DNA from: Octopus vulgaris
Taxonomy: Eukaryota
Reading direction: 5' to 3'
NCBI GenBank assembly: GCA_951406725.2
Contig: OX597836.1
Coordinates: 28,024,001 to 28,088,000, forward strand
DNA length: 64,000 nucleotides
Positions within the stretch are counted from its first letter, which is position 1, and the number at the start of each line of letters is the position of its first letter. Under the pieces are notes generated by a model, which had not been told where the DNA came from, did not search any database, and saw only the letters and a program-made list of their open reading frames with translations. The translations under genes and the position numbers were made by a program. This document shows, in pieces, positions 1 through 12,585 of the stretch.

Positions 1-167
1 GGCTATCCCGCATTGTTTTGACGTTTCGCACTGACTGAATATTTCATATGGTGTGAGAAATATGCGTTATAGTATTGAAAAGTGATTGCGTGGAATATAT
101 GATATGGAATGTGAAATATGTGTTATACTATTGGGAAGTGACTGTGTATAATACATGATGTAGTGTA

Positions 168-390
168 CTCTCTACTCTCTACTATTTTACTTGTTTCAGT
201 CATTTGACTGTGGCCATGCTGGAGCACCGCCTTTTAGTCGAGCAAATCGACCCCCAGGACATATTCTTTGTAAGCCTAGTACTTATTCTATCGGTATCTT
301 TTGCCGAACCGCTAAATTACGGGGACGTAAACACACCAGCATCGGTTGTCAAGCGATGCTGGGAGGACAAAGACAGACACAGAAACGTAT

Positions 391-433
<43 letters not shown>

Positions 434-586
434 CATATATACGACGGGCTTCTTTCACTTTCCGTCTACCAAATCCACTCACAATACTTAGTAGAAGACA
501 CTTGCGCAAGGTGCCACGCAGTGGGACTGAACCCGGAACCATGTGGTTGGTAAGCAAGTTACTTACCACACAGCCATTCCTACGCC
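168..586 (-). mobile_element. tRNA-derived SINE, family A (dominant family in the window)
   Basis: Head GGCGTAGGAATGGCTGTGTGGTAAG..GGTTCAGTCCC (A/B boxes), CCTTG(G/C)GCAAGT central motif, internal (TA)n/(TG)n, tail GGCGGTGCTCCAGCATGGCC..GACTGAAACAAGTAAAA; matches more than 15 other copies or fragments here. Confidence 0.9.
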
Positions 587-601
587 TATAAAACGATAAG
601 C

Positions 602-672
602 CTCCCCGGCGGGGAATCGAACCCCGGTCTCCCGCGTGACAGCGGGGATACTTACCACTATACTACCGAGGA
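602..672 (-). tRNA. tRNA-Asp(GTC), probably a retroposed copy with a 1-nt anticodon-loop deletion
   Basis: Reverse complement TCCTCGGTAGTATAGTGGTAAGTATCCCCGCTGTCACGCGGGAGACCGGGGTTCGATTCCCCGCCGGGGAG is near-canonical metazoan tRNA-Asp; loop reads TGTCAC (6 nt) rather than CTGTCAC; TTTT downstream at 593-590. Confidence 0.9.
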
Positions 673-1179
673 CAGTGTATTAAATTTGCGTTGTATTAGC
701 GAGAGGTGATTATGATGAATATGTAATATCGTTTGTGAAATATGCGTTATGGTATTGAGAAATATGTGTTATTGTATTGACAGGTGATTATGTAGAATAT
801 GTGATGTAGGCTGTGAAATTTGAGTTTTTGTATTGAGAGGTGATTGTGAAGAATATGTGATATGCTGCGTAAAATATGCATTATAGTATCGGGAGATGAT
901 TTTGTAGTATGTTTGAAGTGGTGTGTGAAATATGCACGTTAGTATTCAGAGATGATTTTGCGTAGGATACATGATGTAGTGTGTAAAATTTGTGTTATAG
1001 TACAGGGGTGTGCTTATGTAGAATAAGTGATGCGGTGTGCGAAATATGTATTGCAGTAGAGAAGTGACTGTGTGGTATATGTGATGTTGCTGTGTGAAAA
1101 GGTTTTGTGTTAAAGTATTACGGGATGACTGCGCAGATTACATGACGTGTTAATTGTGGAATGTGTAGATTATAAGGAA

Positions 1180-1694
1180 CTAGCAGTATCGCCCGGCGTT
1201 GCTCGGGTTTGTAAGGGAAATAACTATATAAGCATATATAAGAGTTACTTCCCTTATAGATGCCAATTCGGGCTTTCTTAGCCATTTCTGTTTTGGTGTC
1301 TTCAAGCCATGAAGTCGTTGTTCTAAAAGAACGCTGGTCTCCTTGACAACGCATTACGACGTTGATTTCCTTAAACTCCCTTCCCCACAGCTTCACGAGG
1401 GAGGGAAGAAGGGGGAGAAGCAAACAGGATGCAGGTGTTTGACCATGGACGCCAACTCCGCCGCCATCGACACACGAAAAATTATGCATTAAAATGGAAT
1501 AAAAAATGATGTCAAATTATTTTTTAAATCGTAGACTCATCGTAGACGCGCGCTAATAGCCAGACGGGCTCGATATGAATCACGACTATAAGATACCCGA
1601 ATTTGGTTAAACTGCACCGCAAAATGTGGGAGTAGTTAGGAATCTAAATCGAAGGGGACAGACACTCACACAACTACAGTTTTATATATATAGA
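1180..1694 (-). mobile_element. Non-autonomous Helitron
   Basis: Minus strand starts TC(TATATATATAAA) after an A and ends with hairpin CCCGAGCAACGCCGGG then CTAG before a T; no TSD; termini shared with 60466-60819. Confidence 0.8.
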
Positions 1695-2094
1695 TATACG
1701 GTGTATGATTTGTGTTACTAAGTTTCTGGTTTGGAATATTTGAGGTACGCTGTAAGGGTATCTTAATTATTGGGATGGCAATCTGTGTCAATTGCTCAGA
1801 TTTGTTATAGTTTTATCATATCCCCGTTTACCAATTATTAATGATGTTTTTTTCCTCTCAAATTCCCCCCAACCCCAACCCCACCCCTTCCACCTCCACC
1901 TCCACCGTTTTCCCAATTTTATTACTTTTATACGTTGATAGCTTCTTCAACTTCCTTCCGCTTGCCTAGAGATTAAGATTTCTATCAGAGTGCATAAACA
2001 GTCGTTATCATCATCATCATCATCATCAATGTTGCTGTTGTTGTTGTTATTCTTCTTCTTCTTCTTCTTCTCCTTCTCCTTCTTCTTCTTCTTC

Positions 2095-2144
<50 letters not shown>

Positions 2145-2159
2145 TTTTTTTTTTTTTTT

Positions 2160-2369
2160 TTTTCTTTCAAATTTGCTTCCATTTCTTGCCGAGTGTCTTC
2201 CCGACTCCTAGGGCAAAGAAACTCATAGTATACATTGGTAGGCCATTAAACTAAACTCAATTGTTCGTTCATTTTTTTTTTTTTAGTTAAATTAAAATAC
2301 ACGGGTAGTAATAATTCTCACATCGACAATGCTCTTCTCAATACGTGTGATGTACCAGTTAAGACAATC

Positions 2370-2370
<1 letters not shown>
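2160..2370 (-). mobile_element. 5'-truncated R4/Dong-type LINE 3' end between (TAA)n tracts
   Basis: Minus strand encodes KIVLTGTSHVLRRALSM*, matching the C-terminus at 12205-12588, followed by a 3' UTR; flanked by TAA repeats. Confidence 0.65.
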
Positions 2371-2447
<77 letters not shown>

Positions 2448-2629
2448 GTGAGTGAGAGAGCAGCGAGTGCCATCAAAGTGACACTGGAGCAAATAAATGA
2501 AATCATTATTAAATTATCATCATCATCATGTTTGAAAGGAATATATTTTAAAAGTTTTTAGCCAATTCTTGCCTCTGGCCATTGTTTACACACTCACTTA
2601 AAAATCAGATTCTGGTGGTAGAGAATAAT

Positions 2630-3312
2630 TAAAAGTAATGTTATTACGAGTTCGAATATACCAATGGCACGTTCGAACTCGTAAACAAGTCATTCACTGT
2701 GTTTGTCACGGAGAAAATTTCTTGCTGTAGACAAATGATGTAAATACACTTAAATCAAGTCGCAGCACCACCTATCCAGACTGTGAAGATGCATGCATTT
2801 GGGAGTGGTTATCTCCTCTTCAGTCACAGAAACCGGAGGGTGGAGCTCCGAGCTGGTAAAAGAGAAAATCTCTCTTATGTTATTCCTATCAATGAAAGTC
2901 TGTTGGTAGTGCTAATCGGCGATTCGCCGCAAACAAATTACTGGACGGGAGCGCTGAGCAGTGGTGTGAGTGTAAATGCAAAGTTATTACCAGTTCGAAT
3001 ATGTCAGTGTTTTCTCATGAAGAAAATTTCTTGCTGTAGACAAATGGTCTAAACGCACCTAAACCAGCTCGCAGCGCCACCTATCCAGACTGTGAGATGC
3101 AAGCATTTAGGAGTAGTTATCTCCTCTTCAGTTACAGAAACCGCTGCAAGTGATATAGGTGTATTGACACCATTTGTCTACAGCGAAAAATGTCACCATT
3201 TGACAAAGCACAATGAATGGTTTGTTTACAAGTTCGAACGCGCCACTGGTATTTCGGAACCGATTATAACATTGCATTTACACACATCACCGCTTAGCGC
3301 ACGCACCCCGTA
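2630..3312. mobile_element. MITE-like fold-back element plus partial direct duplicate
   Basis: 2640-2835 and 2980-3142 are direct repeats; 3143-3312 is an inverted copy of ~2940-3075 (GCTGTAGACAAATGG / CCATTTGTCTACAGC). Confidence 0.6.
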
Positions 3313-3636
3313 ATAACTGAAAGCTCCATCCGCTCTCCTAATCTTAATTTAGATTACTAAAATTATTTCTGTTCTTGATGCTGTTTCATTCTATATTTTG
3401 TTTACATATCAGAAGAGTATGCCTCCTCACTACGTGTTTACAGAATCCTCCGACTATAGTCTGCACATATATGTGTCGTTTGTATTGCTTTTTGACCTTT
3501 GCCTGACGAAATGGTCGTCAATCAGACATAACAATTTGTAATATTACATAATCAATTATTTATATTCATGCTTTGCTTGAACCATGCATTGTTGAAACGA
3601 TCGTAATAAAGGAATAAATGTAATAGATAGATAGAC

Positions 3637-3737
<101 letters not shown>

Positions 3738-3934
3738 TGATTTTGGTGCGGTAACATAAGAACACTTGACACACATTTGAACTGTGTAGAATTTGATTCA
3801 TATGGTATATTCGTGATAAATAGTTTACCGCTTTTCCAACCGAAGGTTTCGTGCAATCAGTATTTGTGTTGAACATACAAGAATATATGCAAAAAATACA
3901 TGAAGATAGAAACAATTATATGCATAAGGGTTAC

Positions 3935-3995
<61 letters not shown>

Positions 3996-4005
3996 TATAT
4001 ATACA

Positions 4006-4072
<67 letters not shown>

Positions 4073-4119
4073 GTATGTATGTATATATATACATATATAG
4101 ATATAGATATATTGATAGA

Positions 4120-4390
4120 AATGGCAAGACAACAAATGAATGAAAGAGACCCTCGATATTATGTAAATAGAGGAATTTATCTGTAAATATGATATGTGAC
4201 AATTATTCGGTAGCCATGATAAAACTCCGACTTCCGGATGTCGGGGCGGAAGCCCACGTCGGCATCTCTTCAGTTATCGGGCCATCGAAAAAAAAAAACC
4301 CCGATAACTGAAGAGATGCCGGCGTGGGCTTCCGCACCGACATCCGAAACTCGGAGTTTTATCATGGCTATCGAATAATTGTCAGATATT
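4120..4390. mobile_element. (TA)n-embedded fold-back element with paired hammerhead motifs
   Basis: 85-bp inverted arms 4197-4281/4300-4384; the + arm has GATAA-CTGAAGA-stem-GAAAC-TCGGA-GTT-TTATC; homologous to 51822-52090 in opposite orientation. Confidence 0.75.
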
Positions 4391-4395
4391 ATATT

Positions 4396-4458
<63 letters not shown>

Positions 4459-5011
4459 ATATTTCGGAATGGTCATATTGCCAGTTTAGCCAATAAAAAC
4501 ACACGCACTATATATTTGGTGTTATTTTGCTTCAGTGATATTTATTTTTTACATTAATCTTAATCTTATTTCGGCCAAAGTTCTTTCGTCACACTCCTGT
4601 GACCGCATCAGTGGTCCTTTGTTTTCTTCTCACTTACTTGTGTCTCTCCTTACTAACCGTCAGCCATTTTGTATTTCTATTGTATGTCTTCATTTGCGCA
4701 TGCTTATATCTCTATGTGCGTCTATATTTAAACGTATATATATATATATATATATATATATGAAGACATACATGCAAGCAAACCTTTACTTACGCATCTA
4801 GAAGAACGCTGAGTGACCTTTTTTATGATGACGTAACAACACTTACCTAGAAAATAAAACAAAAAAATATATAAGACAAATTGTTACTTTGAAGTTTATT
4901 ACATTCATTGGCAGCGGTTGTTACATTGATGACAGCTGATAATTAAAAGACAATACCTCGTTTTATGATAATATTCAGCATATATAAATGTACTTTTGAC
5001 TATAAGTATTC

Positions 5012-5404
<393 letters not shown>

Positions 5405-5764
5405 TACATATGTCCCTGGTTGACTGTTAAAATAATGCCTGAAGACGATGTAATTGCATAATATTTTATGACTACATTGAATAAAGTTCTACCCAAACAA
5501 CTGTCACTAATTTTCATGGCATTTGTGTGTTGGTATTTTATACTTACGCTGCATCAAGGATCCACTGCTGAGTCGGACCGTTGGTTGTTAATTGGACTTG
5601 GTATTTCGATAACAACAGTATCCTGTTAGTATTTGTTGCCTACAATATTGTATTATTTGGCTGTCAGCTCTATGTAACTATGACAAGACATGTTCTGGCG
5701 TCTTGCATGTTGGTATGCATTGGTTCTTAATGAACCCTTATAACTGAACGATGTGTGTGTGTGC

Positions 5765-5835
<71 letters not shown>

Positions 5836-5979
5836 TGTGTGTCCAGTAGCCATCTTGGACTTCCTGTGTTTCTTCATTCTGTAATATAAGCTTGAACGAA
5901 TCAAGTTTCTGTTAGTAGCCTACCAAACTTTAAGACTCGTGGAGCCGAAACAAATTGTTTTAAATCATATATATATATG

Positions 5980-6314
5980 AAGGCGCATGGCTCAGTGGTT
6001 AGAGCGTCGAGCTTACGATCGTAAGGTTGTGAGCTCGAATCCCGGACCGGGCTGCGTGTTGTGTTCTTGAGCAAGGCACTTTATTTCATGTTGCTCCAGT
6101 TCACTCAGCTGTAGAAATGAGTTGCGACGTCACTGGTGCCAAGCTGTATCGACCTTTGTCTTTCCCTTGGATAACACTGGTGGGGTAGAGAGGAGAGGCT
6201 GGTATGCATGGGCGACTGCTGGTCTTCCATAAGCAACCTCGCCCGGACTTGTGTCTAGAAGGGTAACTTTCTAGGTGCAATCCCATGGTCTGTGTCGTGA
6301 CCGAAGGGGGTCTC

Positions 6315-6316
<2 letters not shown>
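5980..6316 (+). mobile_element. tRNA-derived SINE, family C
   Basis: Head GGCGCATGGCTCAGTGGTTAGAGC..GAGCTCGAATCCC, followed by GTGTTCTTGAGCAAGGCACTTTA central motif; flanked by TA repeats. Confidence 0.8.
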
Positions 6317-6350
<34 letters not shown>

Positions 6351-6356
<6 letters not shown>

Positions 6357-6724
6357 TTATTCTCCGATTTGAAGCCATAATTTTTTAAATACAGACAAAT
6401 GATTGAAAAATGATGAGCTAACCCCAGCCAGAATCGAACCCACAAATCAACGCTAACATGACTCCTTGTGCATCCGATGGCGCGAAACGTTCGCCCATCA
6501 ATTTCAGCCAAATTTCGCGTTTGTCTACAAGTGTTATATGCAGTGTTAGACAGCTTAAGTATATATTAACTAAATTGATGGGTGAACATTTGGCCCAATC
6601 GAATCCGCAAGGAGCCATATTAGCGTTGATTTGTGGGTTCGGTTCTGGCTGGGGTTATTTCATCATTTTTCAGTCATTTATTTGTATTTAAAAACTGTCG
6701 CTGCAAATCGGAGAATAAAATATT
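6351..6724. mobile_element. Fold-back/MITE-like element with ~175-bp imperfect inverted arms
   Basis: AATATTTTATTCTCCGATTTG..CCCCAGCCAGAATCGAACCCACAAATCAACGCTAA pairs with TTAGCGTTGATTTGTGGGTTCGGTTCTGGCTGGGG..CAAATCGGAGAATAAAATATT. Confidence 0.75.
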
Positions 6725-6847
6725 ATTACTATATACTATTATATAGTGATTATACTAGCAGTCCTCCATAGTAGCTTTCTCTCCGTAACTTCCAAAGCCT
6801 TTCGCGATTGTTTACAAGTATTATATGTAGTTATGTATATATATATA

Positions 6848-6934
<87 letters not shown>

Positions 6935-8271
6935 ATACTATTTTTAAGAAAGCTGACAGAGTTGCTACCATAATTATAATTAGTGTCCAGTCTTCTACTT
7001 TTAATTCACGATTCATTATGAGGCCTTGTGGAATGGTTATAGCGTTTGATCATCGGACAAAAAAAGGTTTTGTTATATTACTTTTGATTCTTCACTACCT
7101 GGGTTCAAATCTTGTTGAGATCAAAGTTGTCTTTCATATCTTCAAGGGTTGATAAAAAAAAAAGTACTAGTCAAATACTGTCCACGAGGTGTTAACTGAC
7201 TCCGTCCACTCAAAACTGTTGACCTTGTTCCCAAATTAGAAACCATAATTGTGGTATTTTTGTATCATTCATAAGTCATGTCATTTTCCCTTCTCTGTCT
7301 TCCAACTAACAGAATATTTAACTTTTCTTTCATCTTTTATGATAGGGATATCGGTATATAATAGTAATTATTTTGTATATAGACCGATTCCATCTAAAGT
7401 TTACTTTTCACAGTCGTAATATTGCTATATATCTTTTGTTCTTGTAGAAGAGGTTGCGAGTAGAGTAAATATTTAGTAGTCAATGTAAAAGACAGAATGG
7501 AAGCTTGAGTCCAATTACGGAATACGAAACTTTAAGTAAATTCGAACTTTCACCTTACGTTTTATATTGTACATCGAATAATTACTTCTACCCCCTCACT
7601 ACCACAAGATTTTTTTTTAAGAGAAAAAGTGAAATATTCTACGAGATGAAAGGCAGAAGGAACAGAAAATCTACATGACACCTAAATGACAAAAAAAAAC
7701 TATTTTAATGATAGGAAAATGTCAGACCTCTCTCTGAATCAAGAATTTACAGTACGATGGAATTCGTTTTTTTAAACAGACTTGGCTGTTGGTTGGAGGC
7801 GGGATTTGGTTATGCGGTAGAATAACTTCTACGTCACAACAGCTGTTGGTTTCACCTTACCAAACAAAACATCGTTTGTTTCAATGAACTTCCCCGCTCA
7901 AACACACATTAAAAAAAAACTTGATCTTTCCCATTGAGTGCCTCCATCTTGGTTGGATTAAAGTATGGTTGTTCGCGCCTTTAATCTGTTTCGTGTTGCC
8001 TCTGTATCTACGCCTTAGATATAACTGTGAAAAATCTTATCTATGGATTATATTCACTAAGAATATAAATGTAGTCTCTGAGTTGAACCAATGAAATGTA
8101 AGGACACTAAAACGTGCGTTTAAAGATAAAGCTAAGAAAAACAAGTACGCCATACTTGGTGTAGGTTTCAACCTTCGCTTTATGATAATGTTTGCACAAG
8201 AAATAATTACTTCAATAATTATTTCTACTTTGTCTAAGAAAGAGGCTATAATGAATAGAAAGATCATCGGT

Positions 8272-8705
8272 TATAGGAAATCTTGCCGCAAATATTTTTG
8301 CTGTGGGGAAATTCTCTAAAAGACAAATTCGCCATACGGACAATGGTAAAGTGTATTATATCAGATCAAGGATACGCAGCAGAAAGGAAGGGAAAATATA
8401 GTGACAATAATGCAAGAAATTGAGATAAATGCTTCCATACAATCCACAACATTATTTGCGCAGTATTGCTTGGAATTTTCACACGTTTTAAATGACCTTA
8501 TGTATTTTTCGGGTCTTTTTTTTTTATGTTTGACGTTGAATAAAGACTCACTTGTTTAATGCTTTTATAAAACATTTTATCATTCTTTTCTTTTTTATTT
8601 TAAAAAAGATTCTGATCTAATACGCTTCATTATTGTTCACGGGGCAAATTTTCCTACGGCAAATTTTCCCACGGCAAAAATATTGACGGTAAATTTTCCG
8701 GACAC
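8272..8705. mobile_element. MITE with ~70-bp TIRs built from ~15-bp subrepeats (Mutator/Foldback-like)
   Basis: Right end (GGCAAATTTTCC.AC)n is the reverse complement of the left GGAAATCTTGCCGCAAATATTTTTGCTGTGGGGAAATT; possible degenerate ~10-bp TSD (AAAGATCATCG/GAAAAATATCG). Confidence 0.6.
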
Positions 8706-9106
8706 GAAAAATATCGTATTAATGAATTCGGGCTTAATATTTTAACAGGAGTTAAAAGTAAGTCATCTTTTTCCTATTGGACAGTTCTTTGATTGTTTGT
8801 CACTGACGGGACATGGCTGCGAAGTAGATTAACCCCAATTGCGTAATAAATGTTAGTTTTTATATTTATCAGGCAAAATCTCACCGGTTTGAACAAACAC
8901 CACCACCCGCCACCCCCGATAGAAAACACGCACGCATGCGCACACACGCATGCATGCCCGCACAGAAACATCAAAAACTGCAAGAAAAAAGAAGATCATT
9001 TCAACTGCGCAATAACTGTTAGTTTTGCCTTTATCAAACAAAACTTCACGGTTCTAGTCAAACATCTCCGATGAAAGACATGCACGAACGCATAGCCACA
9101 CACGCT

Positions 9107-9151
<45 letters not shown>

Positions 9152-9288
9152 ACACACACACACTCACACAACTTCGCCCATGCGCACGCGCACTCAAGCA
9201 GAAAAATCAAAAATCGCGTCGGAAAGACCATCCACCTAATGAACACTTGCCATCCGCTATATTACAGTCTCCGGCCCATAGATGCACT

Positions 9289-9329
<41 letters not shown>

Positions 9330-9379
9330 TTCTTTCACTCTCTCTCTCTCTCTCTCACTTTCCCTCACTCCTTCCTCCT

Positions 9380-9660
9380 CTCTCCCTCAATCTACTTTAC
9401 GTTATTACATCTGCCATCAGCTCCCAGATGTATATCTTAACCACCCAGGTGTATATCACCTCCACCCAGTATCATCCACTACACCTGTCTCTTCTCCTCA
9501 TACTCTCAAATAGAATATCCACACCATCGCTACCACCAGGCCCTCTACAAACCGCTACGGACACTCCTTCCGCTCTATAATATCAACCCTCTGGAATTCT
9601 CTTATCTCCTATGTTCTTCCTTCAGAACCCAAACCGAGTATCAATCGCAAAATTCAGCAT
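9380..9660 (+). pseudogene. Degraded CR1/L2-group LINE ORF2 C-terminal remnant
   Basis: Translates in part to TRPSTNRYGHSFRSIISTLWNSL.SYVLP, resembling the 'Y..SF......LWNSLP..V.P' end motif. Confidence 0.4.
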
Positions 9661-10271
9661 CTTGTATTTCTGAGTCTATCTTTTGTTCTTTCTTTATTTA
9701 TTTAATTATTTTACTAGTTTTGGTCGTTTGACTGCGGCCATGCTGGGGCACTGCATTTAAGGTTCTTTGTTGATCCTATCGACAACCGTACAATACTTAT
9801 GCCAGGCTGCTATTTATCTTGTAGATCTAAATTTTTGAATGCTTAAGTAAAATACATGCAAAACCTGCTATATCACCCTATTAAAATCATCAAGGAAGCT
9901 TGATCTTCCACCGTCACAAATGTTGGATGAGGTTCCGCCTATTCCGGTCAGTAAAAATTGAAAATGCCCTCAAGCTGATGAAAGCAAAGTTCCAAGAAAA
10001 TATGGCATAACAACGAACACACACACACATATACATACATGTGCACACACACACACATACACACTCACACACACGCACACACATACACATGTATGCATGT
10101 GTGTATATAGGCATCCATAACATACACATTTACATACCTACATACGTACACACACAAACATATATATATACATACATACATACATATATATATACATACA
10201 TATATATATATTTATATTCATATAAATATATATATATGTATGTATATATTCATATATATATACATACATGC

Positions 10272-10302
<31 letters not shown>

Positions 10303-10366
10303 CATACATACATATATACATACATACATACATACATACATACATACACATAAGCTCACACTCACA

Positions 10367-10432
<66 letters not shown>

Positions 10433-11045
10433 ACATATACATACGCACACGTTGGTCTTCCGCGCAGTTTCCGTCTAAGCAATCTCGCTCGCTATATTTA
10501 TTCAGACTATTTGCTAATATGATTTTTCTTTTATTTTTCTTATTAAAAAAAAAAAACGAAAAGAAAAAAATTATTTATTTATTTATTTAATTATTTGTCT
10601 TTAATTCTTCCTATATTCGTCGCCATCAACATGCATGTAAACACAGCAATATCTCTTTGTACAGACACTCACCATGTAACAAGGAGAAAAAAAATCCTTC
10701 CGAAATCTAGGCTACGACAATATTGACGTTAAAAACTTCTTTAAGCTAATTCGAAATAGTGACTTTCATTATAGTTTGCCCTATTCCTTCTTTCCTTCTG
10801 CTTTTTCTGTCTTTATTTTGGTTCTTATGTATTTTTTTTTATATTATACATATATATGTGTTGTTCTTTTTTTTTCATTCTTCTCTGCTTGTTTAATTCT
10901 TAGGAATAAAAGAAAAACAAACGAATCGACAGCAGTTGCATCTTGTTAATTCTTGAATTATATATTATATAAATACAGTGAATACACACGCACACACACA
11001 CACACACACTTATTATATGTACATTTGCATACATATATGTGTATA

Positions 11046-11106
<61 letters not shown>

Positions 11107-11193
11107 CATATATACATATATAAAAATATATATGCCTACATATATGTATATATATACTTATGTATATGCATACATATATACATATATATACAT

Positions 11194-11241
<48 letters not shown>

Positions 11242-11799
11242 CATACAAACATACATATACGCGCAGACATATGCGAGTATGGGAAATGTATAAAATGCAA
11301 CTGTCTGAGTATGCGGTAGTATATATACACACACACACACACACACGCACACACACGCACACACATATATGGACCTTCCATGAACACACTCACACATATT
11401 CTCACTTGGACACACATTAACACACACATATAGCCACACACACACACACACACACAAGCACAGCATACATACTTCGACTCAATTTTAACCCCCAGGTGCT
11501 CACACAACCCACATAAATGATGTGATGAGACAAGCGTTTCTTTATGTTTCTAGTAGCTGTTCCAAATATCATCATCATCACCACCACCACCATCACCATC
11601 ACCACTAGCACCATCATAACCATCATCACCATCATCATCATCACCATCGTTATTAAAGTAGCATTCTTTCTTCATTTACGTTTCCAAGTTTTTATTAGGA
11701 AGGCCATGCTTACAACCTCCCAAGCATTTTGAGCATTCTTACCTAAGAAGAAATATACAACTACTGCTACTACTACTCTTAGCAGTACTTGTACCTGTT

Positions 11800-11812
11800 A
11801 TAGTAATTATTA

Positions 11813-11861
<49 letters not shown>

Positions 11862-11905
11862 CATTATTATTACTATTATTATTATTATTATTATTATTAC
11901 TATTA

Positions 11906-11963
<58 letters not shown>

Positions 11964-12016
11964 TATTATCATTATTATTATCATTATTATTATCATTATT
12001 ATTATCATTATTATTA

Positions 12017-12056
<40 letters not shown>

Positions 12057-12058
12057 CA

Positions 12059-12131
<73 letters not shown>

Positions 12132-12200
12132 CTATTATTATTACTATTATTATTAATATATGTTTGACTTTTTATTATATTATTATTACTATTATTATTA
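11800..12200. repeat. Long (ATT)n/(ATC)n microsatellite
   Basis: Directly visible, ~400 bp; abuts the 3' end of a Dong-like LINE. Confidence 0.95.
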
Positions 12201-12204
12201 ATAT

Positions 12205-12585
12205 ATGTTTGACTTTGTTTTGTATTTGTACAAGTTGGCTCTAAGTCTCACCCAGAGAGCTCAAGAGACAACAAGTTAGAGGTTCATGCTGGTGTTATGC
12301 CTAGGGTTTTGTGCATAGTATTGTTCTAGAGATTGTTTAAGGAAACATAAGAAAATTATGAATTTGTTTTAAAATTTGAGATTACATAGATAGTATTTTA
12401 CGTAGGATATGGGCAGTTCCCATGAGCACAATCTTTTGAATTTCTGCCATTTTTGGGCTTCCTGGTATCTGAGCTAGGTAGCAATCAGCCCCTTTTGCTA
12501 TCATTCCTAGGGTACCTATGACAACAGGTATTGTTTTAGTCTTCAGGTTCCACATTTTGCCAATTTATATCTCATACTTGCTCAG

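Larger units (their letters stand above)
45..1170. repeat. Degenerate ~56-bp minisatellite, interrupted by the 168-673 insertion
   Basis: Recurring unit ~GTGTGAAATATGCGTTATAGTATTGAGAGGTGATTGTGTAGAATATGTGATGT at 51-167 and 674-1170; repeat phase continues across the insertion. Confidence 0.8.

Noticed and set aside
3500-3612. Possible hammerhead with a long helix II insert (CTGACGA..GAAACGATCGTA)
   Set aside because: Helix II is poorly supported and there is a single copy; cannot be separated from chance.
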